Made by a program: the position numbers and the translations under genes. A stretch of DNA of 58,452 nucleotides from Peptococcaceae bacterium (lineage in GTDB: Bacteria; Bacillota; Desulfitobacteriia; Desulfitobacteriales; Desulfitobacteriaceae). The notes beneath the pieces are model-generated. The model was not told the DNA's origin and did not search any database. It worked only from the letters and a program-made list of their open reading frames with translations. The stretch lies in assembly GCA_031289815.1 (NCBI GenBank), contig JAITOS010000043.1, forward strand, positions 1 through 58,452, written 5' to 3'. Below are positions 42,871 to 53,142 of the stretch, one piece after another (within the stretch, counting starts at the first letter, position 1; each line of letters starts with the position of its first letter).

Positions 42871-43325
42871 AAGATCACCTCTTTTTTTTGAAGTTGGTAC
42901 AGGATCTGCCCTGTTTCGTCCAAAATCTTTTGTTCTTTTTTCTGTTCTTCTTCCAGGAAAGCCCGCCATTGCTTTTCTTTCAGCCGTTTTAACTTTTCTA
43001 CTTCCCTGTTGGCCTCCAACACCGCCTGTCTGGCTTCAATCACGACTTCTTCTTGTTTCTTCATCTGCTCTTGCGCGGACCGCAAGCTCTGATCACATCG
43101 CTGCGTATAGGCCTGCCACCTTCCCAATTCCGCGGGGGCTGTCTGTCCGGCCGCTTTCTTTTCCCGCAGCGCGTCCCGCAGGCGCTTTTGCCACATCCAC
43201 TGGTTTTCCTTGAACGCATTGAGTTTTTGAAGTTCTTCGGCCAGTCGCTGTTCCGTCCGCTGCAACGCTTGATCCGCTAATTTCAGACTGGCCCGCAACC
43301 GAAAACGAAAAACCGCCAAAGTCAA
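42867..43325 (-). CDS. fliJ: Flagellar export chaperone FliJ
   Basis: ~150-aa coiled-coil protein rich in Q/E/K/R, between fliI and flbD. Non-ATG start (TTG 43325 or 43319). Confidence 0.7.
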   Translation of the reverse strand: MTLAVFRFRLRASLKLADQALQRTEQRLAEELQKLNAFKENQWMWQKRLRDALREKKAAGQTAPAELGRWQAYTQRCDQSLRSAQEQMKKQEEVVIEARQAVLEANREVEKLKRLKEKQWRAFLEEEQKKEQKILDETGQILYQLQKKEVIF

Positions 43326-43335
43326 CCTCCCCCTT

Positions 43336-44634
43336 TCAGATGATCGAACCCATCATCGCCAGCGTAGCTTCCAGGGTTGAGCTCTCCGCCACCTCTTGAC
43401 ACAAGAACGCGTTAATCCCGTCAATATGTTCAATCGCCGCGTCAATGCGCGAATTACTCCCTTTGACATAAGCGCCGATATCGATCAAATCCTTGGCATC
43501 CTGATATACCGCCAAGTATTCGCGCATTTGCCAGGCTCTCGTTTTATGCTCTTCATCAATGATATCGTTCATCACCCTACTGACCGAGCGTAGAATATCG
43601 ATCGCCGGATAGTGGTTTTGCACCGCCAAGTCTCTCGTTAAGACAATATGTCCGTCTAATATCCCCCGGACGGCGTCCGCAATCGGTTCGTTATGATCAT
43701 CCCCGTCCACCAAGACGGTATAAAGACCGGTTATGCTTCCCCGCTGTGCCATTCCTGAGCGTTCTAGCAGTTTCGGCAGCAGGGCGAATACAGACGGCGG
43801 ATAGCCCCTGGTCGCAGGCGGTTCTCCCGCTGTCAGCCCCACTTCCCGCTGCGCCATCGCAAAGCGGGTTACGGAATCCATCATCAGCAGAACGTCCTTC
43901 CCCTGATCCCGATAGTATTCGGCAATCGCCGTCGCGGTAAAGGCGGCTTTCAGCCGGATCAAGGCCGGTTGATCCGAGGTAGCAATCACAATCACCGATT
44001 TTGCCAGCCCCTCCGCGCCCAGATCTTTTTCTATAAAATCCCGCAATTCCCGTCCGCGTTCGCCCACTAAAGCGATCACATTGACTTCCGCGACGGTATT
44101 TCGGGCCATCATTCCCAGTAAGGTACTCTTTCCAACCCCGGAACCGGCGAATATGCCCAACCGCTGTCCCCGTCCAATCGACAATAACCCGTCAACCGCG
44201 CGTACCCCGACGCTCAGCGTCTCTTTTATACGGGGACGGGCAAAAGCGCTGGGAGGAGCATTTTGTAACGGATAGCTTTTCTCCACCAATAACGGCTTGC
44301 CGTCAAGCGGTTCGCCCAATCCGTTCAAGACCCGTCCGAGCAGTCTGGGGCCGACATGGACGCTCAGCTTATGCCGGTTGGGGATCACCCGGTCTCCCGG
44401 ACTGATTCCCGTCAATTCTCCTAACGGCATCAGCAGGGTCGTCGCGCCTCGAAATCCTACCACTTCCGCCGGAATCTTTTCCCCGTCCTGATTCACCACA
44501 TGGCAGTATTCTCCCACACCCGTGCGCGGCCCGGCGGCTTCGATCATCAGACCGACGATCTTCGTCACCAAGCCCAGCTCAGCGATCGAATCCAGCTCTT
44601 CAGTTTTCGCCGCCAGCTCCATCCACTTCTCCAT
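43336..44634 (-). CDS. fliI: Flagellum-specific ATPase FliI
   Basis: 432 aa. Walker A GSGVGKST and Walker B LLMMDS. F1-ATPase-like. Confidence 0.97.
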   Translation of the reverse strand: MEKWMELAAKTEELDSIAELGLVTKIVGLMIEAAGPRTGVGEYCHVVNQDGEKIPAEVVGFRGATTLLMPLGELTGISPGDRVIPNRHKLSVHVGPRLLGRVLNGLGEPLDGKPLLVEKSYPLQNAPPSAFARPRIKETLSVGVRAVDGLLSIGRGQRLGIFAGSGVGKSTLLGMMARNTVAEVNVIALVGERGRELRDFIEKDLGAEGLAKSVIVIATSDQPALIRLKAAFTATAIAEYYRDQGKDVLLMMDSVTRFAMAQREVGLTAGEPPATRGYPPSVFALLPKLLERSGMAQRGSITGLYTVLVDGDDHNEPIADAVRGILDGHIVLTRDLAVQNHYPAIDILRSVSRVMNDIIDEEHKTRAWQMREYLAVYQDAKDLIDIGAYVKGSNSRIDAAIEHIDGINAFLCQEVAESSTLEATLAMMGSII

Positions 44635-45475
44635 CGGTTGACCCCTTTTTCTTCTCTAATTCCTCTTTCAGCAGCTGCTCCATCCGGTCTAACTGGACGT
44701 GTAAACGCGCGTCAAACAATCCCTCGCTGCACGTCAGGTAGCAATCGCCCCGCTCCAGCGTTTCATCCGCCGCCCACGAGATTCCCGCCAACGCCTGATC
44801 ATCCAGCGCCGCGAGCATTTCGGCGTCCGAAGGCGCTACGTGAATATACCAGCCTTCGCGATCCCGCGGCAGTAAGCTCAGCGCCCGGACGATCTGCAGC
44901 AGGCGTTCCGGTTCGATCGCTAAACTGCCGCGCAAAATCCGTTCCGCCATCTTTTTCGCTAACTGCAATAAAACCGCGTCTTGTTTCTCAAATTCCAGCC
45001 GCACAGCCTTTTGCGCCAAGGCCAAGCACTGAGCCGCCTGTTCGAGCTTCTCCCGCGTTTCTGTTTGAGCCGCCTGTAAGCCGTCCTGGTATCCCGTTTC
45101 CTGATATTGGGGATAGACCGCCAGCCTTGTCTCCTGTCTTACTTCTTCACGCAGGCGCTCCACACCTTCCCGCGCTTGTTCGAGCAATTGCTCCGCTTTC
45201 TCCCGCGCCTCCTGCAACAGCCTCGACGCCTCGCTCTCCGCCGTAGCGATAATATGGTCGGCCTGTTCGCTGGCTTTGAGCACCAATTCCTCCCGGATCG
45301 CCGTCAGCTTTCTTCCTTCTTCTTCCTCCGCGGCAACGGCTTCTTCCTGATGATCCTCCCGCGTTTCCTCACGGGCAAACAAGGTAAATTCCAAGGCGTC
45401 AAAATCGATCAGACGCGGCTGAGCGACTTCTATCAGGCCATTTTTAACAATACGGGAATTAGTAAACAATTTCAT
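44600..45475 (-). CDS. fliH: Flagellar assembly protein FliH
   Basis: Start set at MKLFTN (gaggtgg upstream). Charged coiled-coil (EAREKAEQLLEQAREGVERL), then the FliH/YscL-like C-terminus. It overlaps both fliG and fliI. Confidence 0.8.
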   Translation of the reverse strand: MKLFTNSRIVKNGLIEVAQPRLIDFDALEFTLFAREETREDHQEEAVAAEEEEGRKLTAIREELVLKASEQADHIIATAESEASRLLQEAREKAEQLLEQAREGVERLREEVRQETRLAVYPQYQETGYQDGLQAAQTETREKLEQAAQCLALAQKAVRLEFEKQDAVLLQLAKKMAERILRGSLAIEPERLLQIVRALSLLPRDREGWYIHVAPSDAEMLAALDDQALAGISWAADETLERGDCYLTCSEGLFDARLHVQLDRMEQLLKEELEKKKGSTDGEVDGAGGEN

Positions 45476-46481
45476 CGACGCCACCTCGCGATATCACAAT
45501 CGCCCCTGTTTCTTCCAATTTTCGAATCACTTTAACAATACGCTGCTGCGCTTCTTCCACATCGCGCACTCTGACCGGGCCCATGAACTCGATATCTTCT
45601 TTGAGCATCTGTGAAGCGCGGGACGACATGTTGTTTTGAACCTTCTGCGCCACTTCCGGGTTGGTTCCCTTCAAGGCCAGCGCCAAATCCTTGGTCTCGA
45701 TCTCGCGCAGGATCAGTTGAACGCCGCGATCGTCCAGGGTGATAATATCTTCAAAGACAAACATCTGCCGTTTAATCTGTTCGGCCAGATCCGAATCATC
45801 GGTTTCCAGCGTATCCATCACCGTCTTTAAGGTGCCAGGATCCGCCCGGTTCAACAGATTCACCACGCACTGGATGCCACCCAGAACCGTGTAATCCGTT
45901 AAGGCCAGACTGGAAATCTTGCGTTCCAGCACATTTTCTATTTCTTTCAAAACTTCCGGATTGGTGCGCCCCATAATAGCGATCCGCTTCGTCACATCGG
46001 CCTGCATCTCCAACGGTAAATTAGCCAGCAATACCGCCGCCTTATCCGGCGCCATATAAGACATGATCAAGGCGATTGTTTGCGGATGCTCCCCTTGGAT
46101 AAAGGACGCCAATTGATTGGGATCGGTTCGGCGCACCATGTCAAAAGGCCGCATCTTCAAGGAAGAAGAAAGTTTAGCGATAATTTCAAAAGCTTTTTGC
46201 TGCCCTAAAGCGCGTTCCAGCACATCCCGCGCATAATCCACCCCGCCTTGGGCGATATAATCGTTGGCCATGCACATCTGATGAAACTCTTCGATCACCT
46301 GATCCCGCGTCTCCGGTGAAACCTTACGCATATTCGCCATCTCCAGCGTAAGCTGCTCGATTTCGTTTTCACTCATGTTCTTGATGACCTGCGCTGAATT
46401 TTCAGGACCCAGCGACACCAAGAGAACCGCGGCTTTTTGTAAGCCTGACAAGGATTGACCGCTTGCGCTTGCATTACTCAT
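45459..46481 (-). CDS. fliG: Flagellar motor switch protein FliG
   Basis: 340 aa. LSGLQKAA.LL..LG, EHPQT.ALI.SY, and the C-terminal torque helix region (MS.RA...L.ED.E..GPVR..DVE.AQ..I). Confidence 0.95.
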   Translation of the reverse strand: MSNASASGQSLSGLQKAAVLLVSLGPENSAQVIKNMSENEIEQLTLEMANMRKVSPETRDQVIEEFHQMCMANDYIAQGGVDYARDVLERALGQQKAFEIIAKLSSSLKMRPFDMVRRTDPNQLASFIQGEHPQTIALIMSYMAPDKAAVLLANLPLEMQADVTKRIAIMGRTNPEVLKEIENVLERKISSLALTDYTVLGGIQCVVNLLNRADPGTLKTVMDTLETDDSDLAEQIKRQMFVFEDIITLDDRGVQLILREIETKDLALALKGTNPEVAQKVQNNMSSRASQMLKEDIEFMGPVRVRDVEEAQQRIVKVIRKLEETGAIVISRGGVDEIVY

Positions 46482-46482
46482 C

Positions 46483-48078
46483 TTACTTGTCCTCCGTCAG
46501 CCAAGTTTTCACCAAATTGGCCACATCATCCGGATTATTATGGGCATAAATATTTACGGATTCTCTGATCTTCTGTTTTTCAATCTCGTCCGCTGATTTC
46601 TGCTGCTTCTCTTCCATCCTGGCTTGCGCCTCCGCCTCAGCCTCCGCTTGAGCGTTGAGCAATTCTTGCGTGAGGTTGATATCCAGCGGATCCATTTCCT
46701 CATCAAGCACCGGTTCCTCAGCGCGCTTCGCCCGCCGACGTCTGATCCAGAAGATCAGCAGAGCGATCAAACAGAGCGCTCCCACCGCGCCGATTTCCAA
46801 ATATCTCAATAATCGCTGTCTGGCCGCCGCTTCCAGCATCGCCTGTTCGATCTGTTGCTGATCCAGCTTATTGAACGGAATGGCCGCCACTTCAATCTGA
46901 TCGCCGCGATCCTGAACCAAGCCCGCCGCCCGGGCTACGATCGCCTCGATTTGCGCCGTCGTCGTCTGCCGCACCACGCTATTCTCCGAGTCCACCAATA
47001 CGGAAATCGACAGGCGTTCAATCGCTCCGGGATTCACGATCTGTTCCCGCTGGGTCTGATCGTTATTATAATTTTCCGTGAGACTGTTTGCCGAATGGTC
47101 GTAAGTGCCAGCGGCGAGCGGACTCGTATAGCCTGGGATATTGGTGACTCCGCCCGGAGCCGCTCCCAGATCGCCGCTGGTCGTAGTTTCACTGGTTTGC
47201 TGTCTGCTGACCAGCGCCCCCGCGCCATACAGCTGCTCGATGATCTTGACCTGATCATAATCCAGCGCCGCGTTGACCCTGACCACCACGCTGTCCGCCC
47301 CTAAAACACGTTCCAGCATCGACAGAATGGATCGCTGTAAGGCGCTTTCAATCATTTGCTGCTGCTGGAATTGCGTCGCGTTGAGCTTCACCGGATTACT
47401 TTTGTTTTCTAAAACCTCCGAGAGAATATTGCCGGAAGTATCCAGAATGGTCACATTCTCCACAGTCAGCCCTTCCACCGAGCCAGCCAGCAGATTGGCG
47501 ATCCCCTGAATCGCTTCTTCCTCAAAGACTGTTCCCTGCGCGATCTTTAAGGTCGCCGTCGTGGTCGCCGGTCGGCTCTGTTCCGAAAACAGAGACTGCT
47601 CCGGCTGAACAATATGCACGCGGGCGTCCTGCACCCCGTTCAGGGTCTTGAGGGTACTTTCCAATTCATTCTGCAAGGCCAAAACATACCGGATTTTCCG
47701 GTCGGAATCCGTCTCCCCTAATCGCATTTGATTCAGATAATCAAAACTGAATTTGCTTTCCGCGGGCAGGCCGTTATTCGCCAACGTCAGTCTCGCCGAA
47801 GCGGCTTCCTGCTGTTTTACCAAAATCGTTGATCCGCCATCTCCCAACTGATATGTAATACCCAATTCCGACAACTTAGCCGTGATTGACCCGGCCTCCG
47901 TATCGGACAGCTTCGTAAAGAGGGGGACATATTGCGGTGTATTCGCCCAGAAAATGAGCGTCGTAAGCAAAGCCAATACAAGAAGAGGAGCGGCAATGGT
48001 GATGATTCTTTGCGGGCGGGACAGCTTATTCCAGAATTCCTTCACCGTATCTCTCACCATAGCCCATGAAAATTTCAT
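46483..48078 (-). CDS. fliF: Flagellar MS-ring protein FliF
   Basis: 531 aa. N-terminal TM segment, YscJ/FliF-like periplasmic domains, and a second TM segment near residue 440. Confidence 0.93.
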   Translation of the reverse strand: MKFSWAMVRDTVKEFWNKLSRPQRIITIAAPLLVLALLTTLIFWANTPQYVPLFTKLSDTEAGSITAKLSELGITYQLGDGGSTILVKQQEAASARLTLANNGLPAESKFSFDYLNQMRLGETDSDRKIRYVLALQNELESTLKTLNGVQDARVHIVQPEQSLFSEQSRPATTTATLKIAQGTVFEEEAIQGIANLLAGSVEGLTVENVTILDTSGNILSEVLENKSNPVKLNATQFQQQQMIESALQRSILSMLERVLGADSVVVRVNAALDYDQVKIIEQLYGAGALVSRQQTSETTTSGDLGAAPGGVTNIPGYTSPLAAGTYDHSANSLTENYNNDQTQREQIVNPGAIERLSISVLVDSENSVVRQTTTAQIEAIVARAAGLVQDRGDQIEVAAIPFNKLDQQQIEQAMLEAAARQRLLRYLEIGAVGALCLIALLIFWIRRRRAKRAEEPVLDEEMDPLDINLTQELLNAQAEAEAEAQARMEEKQQKSADEIEKQKIRESVNIYAHNNPDDVANLVKTWLTEDK

Positions 48079-48141
48079 TTTACGCTCCTCCTTTCTTCAA
48101 GAATCTTTTTTCACCATGTGATTTTATACTCCCCCGTCTTC

Positions 48142-48462
48142 TTAAATCTGCATTCGCATCACTTCGTTATAGGCGTCCAGAATCTTATTGCGGACTTCCA
48201 CGGTCAGCGATAAGGAAAGTTGCGCTTTCTGCAAAGCAATGATCGCCGTATGGGCGTCCTCAATTTGACCCGTCGCCATGCCAACGGCCGCCACATCCCC
48301 TTCTTTCTGCAAGGCGTCCACCTGGATCAGCGCGTCGTTTAGCATCTGCGCGAAGTCGTTTCCCGCCTTTTGCAGGCCTCCCTTTTCCATAGTCACCGGC
48401 TCAGCCGTTCCGAAAGAACGCAACGGCGCGAACGGCGCCAACATTCCCAGCGTGATATCCAT
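48142..48462 (-). CDS. fliE: Flagellar hook-basal body complex protein FliE
   Basis: 106 aa. FA..L.DA...V..LQ and C-terminal A.L...L...VRNK...AY.E.MRMQI. Confidence 0.85.
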   Translation of the reverse strand: MDITLGMLAPFAPLRSFGTAEPVTMEKGGLQKAGNDFAQMLNDALIQVDALQKEGDVAAVGMATGQIEDAHTAIIALQKAQLSLSLTVEVRNKILDAYNEVMRMQI

Positions 48463-48494
48463 CGATCCATCCTCTTTTCTATCTGTCTATTTGT

Positions 48495-48998
48495 CTATCT
48501 TCCTATTTCCAAGGCCTTCAAAAACATTGATTTACTGGCGTTCAGAGCGGTTACATTCGCTTCATACGAGCGGGAAGCGGAAATCATATTCACCATTTCC
48601 ATGACAATATCCACATTCGGATAGCGCACATAGCCGACCGGAACTTCCGGATCTCCTTCGGCCGCCGCGTCGGGCGAACTCGGATCGTATTCCAATTTAA
48701 ACGGAATCGGATCTTCCACAATCGCCGCCACCTGAACTCCGGTTCCGACGCCCATTCCCGCGGCGATTCCGCTCCGCCGACTTAACGCTTGATTTAAAAC
48801 GCCGGCAAACCCCGACGCCTCCGGCCTCGGTATGAAAATCGCCTCCTGTCGGCGGTACGGAATCTGACTGCCGGCCGCCGTCGTCCTGCCGGTACGGGTG
48901 GTACTGATATTGGCGATATTGCTGGAAATCAGATCCAATCGCAGTCTCTGCGCTGTTAATCCCGACGCGCTGGCGTCTATCCCTCCAAATAACCCCAT
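48495..48998 (-). CDS. flgC: Flagellar basal-body rod protein FlgC
   Basis: 167 aa. SASGL.AQR.R.D.IS.NIANI.TTRT and C-terminal E.V.MI.A.R.YEAN. Its RBS (gaggagg) lies inside the cheB 3' end. Confidence 0.92.
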   Translation of the reverse strand: MGLFGGIDASASGLTAQRLRLDLISSNIANISTTRTGRTTAAGSQIPYRRQEAIFIPRPEASGFAGVLNQALSRRSGIAAGMGVGTGVQVAAIVEDPIPFKLEYDPSSPDAAAEGDPEVPVGYVRYPNVDIVMEMVNMISASRSYEANVTALNASKSMFLKALEIGR

Positions 48999-49005
48999 CG
49001 TATTT

Positions 49006-50106
49006 TTACCTCCTCATGATACATTCGATCATCGTTTTAGCAATTTCCGGAAGCGGCGCGATCCGATCCGCCAAACCGGCCTCAATCACCGCCTTGGGCA
49101 TTCCGTAGACGACACAGCTCTCTTCCGCTTCCGCTATCACAAATCCCTTTTGGGCTTTTACTTCCCGCGTTCCCTGAAGCCCGTCATTCCCCATCCCGGT
49201 CATGATCACACAGCAAGAACCTGCGCCGATTTCCCGGGCTGCCGATAAAAACATCACATCCACCGAAGGCTTGTAGATCGTCGTGACCGGCGTCTCTTTG
49301 CCAATCATCAGCGTCAATTGGTTCTGTTTGCGCTGAACCTGCATCTGCAGCCCCGCCGGCGCGATATAGACCGATCCCGGACGCAGGACGTCTCCCTGAG
49401 CCGCTTCCTGAACATTCAACGGACACAGCCGATCCAACCGCTGAGCCAGCGGTGCGGTAAAACCGGCGGGCATATGCTGGGCCACGATCACCGGCACCGG
49501 GAAATCCGCCGGCAGCTTCGACAACACCGCTTGCAGAGCCGGCGGCCCGCCGGTAGAGGTCCCTATCGCCACTAATTCCACCGGGAATTCCGGCAAAGAG
49601 CTCTTCCGCCCCTTTTTCTCAGGCTGCTTGCCTCTGCCCGTCAGCGCCAAACCCTCCCGGCCCATCCTGGCTTTCATCCGTTTCAGGTCTACTAACGCCG
49701 CCCCCTTCACCTTTTCAATCAAATCCCGGGCGGACTCCGTCAGTTCCGAACTTCGTCCCAGCGTCGGATTGACCACGGCGTCAATCGCCCCTAATTCCAG
49801 GGCCTGCAAAGTCAATTGCCCTTCTTCCGCCGCCGATGCGCTCAAAATAACGACCGGCGTCGGCTGCCAGCGCATAATCTCTTCTAAAGCCCGCAGTCCG
49901 TTCATTCTCGGCATTTCCACATCCATCACCACGACTTGGGGGTTCAGAGCCTTCAGCTTTTCAATCCCTTCCAGCCCGTCACGCGCCGAATCAATCACTT
50001 TAATGAGAGGATCCTGCCCCAGAATGCGCTGAATCGTCATTCGCATAAACGACGAATCATCCACGATCAACACCGTAACCGGCGACTGCTTACTCAAAGC
50101 TCTCAT
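49006..50106 (-). CDS. cheB: Chemotaxis methylesterase/deamidase CheB (REC plus CheB catalytic domain)
   Basis: Start set at MRALSKQ (gaggaa upstream, overlapping the cheW end). REC motifs VLIVDDS and DVEMPRMNG. Esterase motifs IGTSTGGP and GMG.DG. Confidence 0.93.
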   Translation of the reverse strand: MRALSKQSPVTVLIVDDSSFMRMTIQRILGQDPLIKVIDSARDGLEGIEKLKALNPQVVVMDVEMPRMNGLRALEEIMRWQPTPVVILSASAAEEGQLTLQALELGAIDAVVNPTLGRSSELTESARDLIEKVKGAALVDLKRMKARMGREGLALTGRGKQPEKKGRKSSLPEFPVELVAIGTSTGGPPALQAVLSKLPADFPVPVIVAQHMPAGFTAPLAQRLDRLCPLNVQEAAQGDVLRPGSVYIAPAGLQMQVQRKQNQLTLMIGKETPVTTIYKPSVDVMFLSAAREIGAGSCCVIMTGMGNDGLQGTREVKAQKGFVIAEAEESCVVYGMPKAVIEAGLADRIAPLPEIAKTMIECIMRR

Positions 50107-50536
50107 GATTAAATTCCTCATCCATGATTTGATCAGCGTTTAATAGAATCAACAACCTTTCCCCAATCTTTCCCACTCCGCGAATAAAGCGCGTTTCCAC
50201 GCCTAAAGCGACCGGCGGCGGCGGTTCGATATCTTCATCATTTAAACGCAGCACTTCATTCACCGCGTCCACCCGCACGCCAAACACCTTTTTATCCACC
50301 TGCAAAACGATGATCCGGCTCAAGTCCGTATCATCCGTCCTGTCCATCCTGAAGCGCGTCCGCAAATCGACGACCGGAATAATATTTCCACGCAGATTAA
50401 TGACGCCTTCGACGTATTCGGGCGCTTTCGGTACGCGGGTAATCGCTGGGATCCTGATAATTTCCTGGACCATCATGATATCAATTCCAAATTCTTCCTT
50501 TTCCAGGTTTAAGGTAACCAACTGCTCCTCCGCCAT
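50090..50536 (-). CDS. cheW: Chemotaxis coupling protein CheW
   Basis: Start set at MAEEQLV (aaggag 8 nt upstream). F.I....V.EI.....IT.VP..P....GV.NLRG.I.PV.DLR is the CheW core. Confidence 0.92.
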   Translation of the reverse strand: MAEEQLVTLNLEKEEFGIDIMMVQEIIRIPAITRVPKAPEYVEGVINLRGNIIPVVDLRTRFRMDRTDDTDLSRIIVLQVDKKVFGVRVDAVNEVLRLNDEDIEPPPPVALGVETRFIRGVGKIGERLLILLNADQIMDEEFNHESFE

Positions 50537-50579
50537 CGCCATCACTCCTTCACCACCATTTTTATCTGATCGTCCTAAC

Positions 50580-52724
50580 TTAACTCCTGTTTTTCCGTTC
50601 AATCATGATTTCCTGAACGAGCGCTCCCACATCCAGGATCAGCGTGACTTTGCCGTCTCCCAGAATCGTCGCCCCGGCGATCCCCGGCAGGTTATTCAGA
50701 TGTTCGCCTAATGATTTGATCACGACTTCCTGCTGTCCTCTCAATTCATCAACAATCAAACCGAACGCCTTCTCACCCAAACCGACCACCACCACACACA
50801 AGGGATCGGCTTTTTCCTGCCGCGTCGGAATATCGAATTTCTTGTGCAGGGAAATCATCGGCAGCGTTTTGCCGCGCAATTGAATCATCGGCAAACCGCC
50901 GACGGATTTAATATCTTTGCGTTCCACCAGCAGGGTTTCCAATACCGACGATAGGGGTACGGCATAGACTTCCTCGCCCACGTTTACCAGCAAGGCCTGG
51001 ATGATCGCCAGCGTCAACGGCAAACGGATCGTGAAGGTCGTACCCTTCCCGCGTTTTGTATCAATATCAATGGAGCCTCCCAGATTGCTCAGCGCTTTCT
51101 TCACGACGTCCATACCCACGCCGCGGCCTGAAATATCAGTGACCTGATCCGCCGTGCTAAATCCCGGCAAGAAGATCAGATTCCCGACGTCGCGGTCGGA
51201 AAGCTCTTCCCGCTCGCTAATCAAGCCCTTTTCCAGCGCTTTGGCCTTGATTTTTTCCAGAGACAACCCTTGGCCGTCGTCTGAAATCAAGATCACGATA
51301 TGGTTCCCCTCATGATAAGCGTCCAAAAGGATCGTGCCAATTTTCGGTTTATCCGTGAGCTGCCGTTCTTCCGGCATTTCGATCCCGTGATCCACGGAAT
51401 TTCTGATCAGATGCATCATGGGATCGCCGATCACTTCCACCACCGTCTTATCGAGTTCCGTTTCTTCCCCGCGCAATTCCAAAGTAATCTCTTTCCCCGT
51501 CTTACGGGCCAAATCTCTCACTAAACGCGGAAAACGGCTGAATACCGTACCGATCGGCACCATACGCAAACGCATGATCCCTTCCTGTAAATCATTCATC
51601 AGCCGTCCGAGATACATATTGGTCTCATTCAATTGACTGACCAGATGGTCGTCGGGGTGAGCGTCTTTCAGATCCAAACCGTTCTGTACCAGGCGAGTAC
51701 GCGTAATCACCATTTCTCCCGCCATATTGATCAGGTTATCCATCCGAACCGTATCGACGCGAATCGTCTGCACCGAACTGTTGCCCTTGGCGGCGTCCGG
51801 TGCGGTCGTGGCCGCCATGACCGCCGCCGGTTGGCTGTCTGTCTTTACCGCCGGTTCCGCCTGAAGCAGCGTTTCCCGCTTCGCCGCCCCGACCGCCTCT
51901 CCCGGACTTTTTCCTGGAGCCAACGGATCGGCATAAAAGTGAACCTCCACGCCGCTCAGTTCAGAAACATTCATAAGCTCTTCCTGAATCTCCCCGGCGG
52001 CTTCATCACAGATCAGCAACAGCGAAAATTTCGCACAGTTCTCCGCCTCGATCTCTTCCATCCCCGGCGCGCTTTTGACCACGGTTCCTATACTCTCCGC
52101 CCGCTGTACGGCCATCACCGCGCGTACCGCTCTCATCACCGCCTTGGAATCAAAAGCGATTTCCACCTGGAAAACCCCGTGACCCGTCTCCAAAGCGTTC
52201 GCTACCTCCGCTTTTTCCGCTGCGGTTAAAGCAAAATCGACCACAGGAACATCCTTCAGCGCTGGATCCTCTTCCTTTGCTTCTCCCTCCGCGGCGGCAG
52301 CCGTCCCGTCCTTCGGCGCTCCCTCCGTCAATCTCTTCAAACTCTCGGTCAGATCAACGAATTCCACCGTGATCTCCTGGTTTTGTTTCACCTGTTCGAG
52401 CATCATCTTTACCCGGTCTGTGACCGCCAGCAGAATATCGATGATCTCCATCGTGACTTCCGTTTTTCCCTGCCGCAAACGATCCAGCAGATCTTCCGCC
52501 GCATGTGTCAAGGCCACAATCGGCGTAAATCCCATGGTTCCGGAGGCGCCTTTCAGACTATGGGCGGAACGAAACAGATCATTAATCAGAGTGATATTAT
52601 TTCCTTCTTTTTCCAGTTGCAGTAAGCCTGTACCCAGGCGCTCAATTTGCTCCTGAGAATCCAGCAAGTAGAATTCCAGAAATTCGCCCAGATCAACCCC
52701 CGCATCCCTTGGATCTTCACTCAT
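50580..52724 (-). CDS. cheA: Chemotaxis histidine kinase CheA
   Basis: HPt (FRSAHSLKGASGTMGF), dimerisation, HATPase (DDGQGL, GRGVGMDVV) and a C-terminal CheW-like domain. Start is ATG 52724 or upstream TTG 52739. Confidence 0.95.
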   Translation of the reverse strand: MSEDPRDAGVDLGEFLEFYLLDSQEQIERLGTGLLQLEKEGNNITLINDLFRSAHSLKGASGTMGFTPIVALTHAAEDLLDRLRQGKTEVTMEIIDILLAVTDRVKMMLEQVKQNQEITVEFVDLTESLKRLTEGAPKDGTAAAAEGEAKEEDPALKDVPVVDFALTAAEKAEVANALETGHGVFQVEIAFDSKAVMRAVRAVMAVQRAESIGTVVKSAPGMEEIEAENCAKFSLLLICDEAAGEIQEELMNVSELSGVEVHFYADPLAPGKSPGEAVGAAKRETLLQAEPAVKTDSQPAAVMAATTAPDAAKGNSSVQTIRVDTVRMDNLINMAGEMVITRTRLVQNGLDLKDAHPDDHLVSQLNETNMYLGRLMNDLQEGIMRLRMVPIGTVFSRFPRLVRDLARKTGKEITLELRGEETELDKTVVEVIGDPMMHLIRNSVDHGIEMPEERQLTDKPKIGTILLDAYHEGNHIVILISDDGQGLSLEKIKAKALEKGLISEREELSDRDVGNLIFLPGFSTADQVTDISGRGVGMDVVKKALSNLGGSIDIDTKRGKGTTFTIRLPLTLAIIQALLVNVGEEVYAVPLSSVLETLLVERKDIKSVGGLPMIQLRGKTLPMISLHKKFDIPTRQEKADPLCVVVVGLGEKAFGLIVDELRGQQEVVIKSLGEHLNNLPGIAGATILGDGKVTLILDVGALVQEIMIERKNRS

Positions 52725-52993
52725 GAAACATACACCCAACTTTCATTTCCTTGATCACTATTTTGCTTTCCTCTGTTTTTATCCATTTTTCGCGCATCTC
52801 TATCTATCTCTTTATCCTTGAATTGTCTATCCCATCATCTTCATTGAGAATTTAACGTATTATCCATCAAATTTTTTCAAATCCCCGCCCTGTCAATAGG
52901 AGATAGGTAACAAAATTCATCTCAATTATGTGTTTATTTTATACTTTAATTAAAAAAGCCCTAAATATATATAGGACTTTCGGGTAAATTTTC

Positions 52994-53024
52994 TTAAAAA
53001 GCGAAAAAACTTCTGTTTTTTCGC
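52994..53024 (-). terminator. Rho-independent terminator after the REC-HD-GYP gene
   Basis: gcgaaaaaac-ttct-gttttttcgc, a perfect 10-bp stem (53001-53024). On the minus strand it is followed by tttttaag. A T-run also follows on the plus strand. Confidence 0.55.
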
Positions 53025-53142
53025 TCATTTTTCGTTACCGCCACCATTTTTGCCATTATTTTCACGAATTTTTACCCAATGACTCGCATCGCCGCCTCCG
53101 GCAATCGCTTGCCAAAACATTCACCCCAGCGCGGTTCGGCGC

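Noticed and set aside
52740-52990. AT-rich 250-nt region upstream of cheA, searched for sigma-A, sigma-28 or riboswitch signals and for small ORFs
   Set aside because: Only weak hexamer matches were found: TTGACA with no -10 at 16-19 nt, and TAAA-N17-GGGATAGA. The small ORFs (13-17 aa) lack an RBS. There is no basis for a specific call beyond a probable promoter/leader region.
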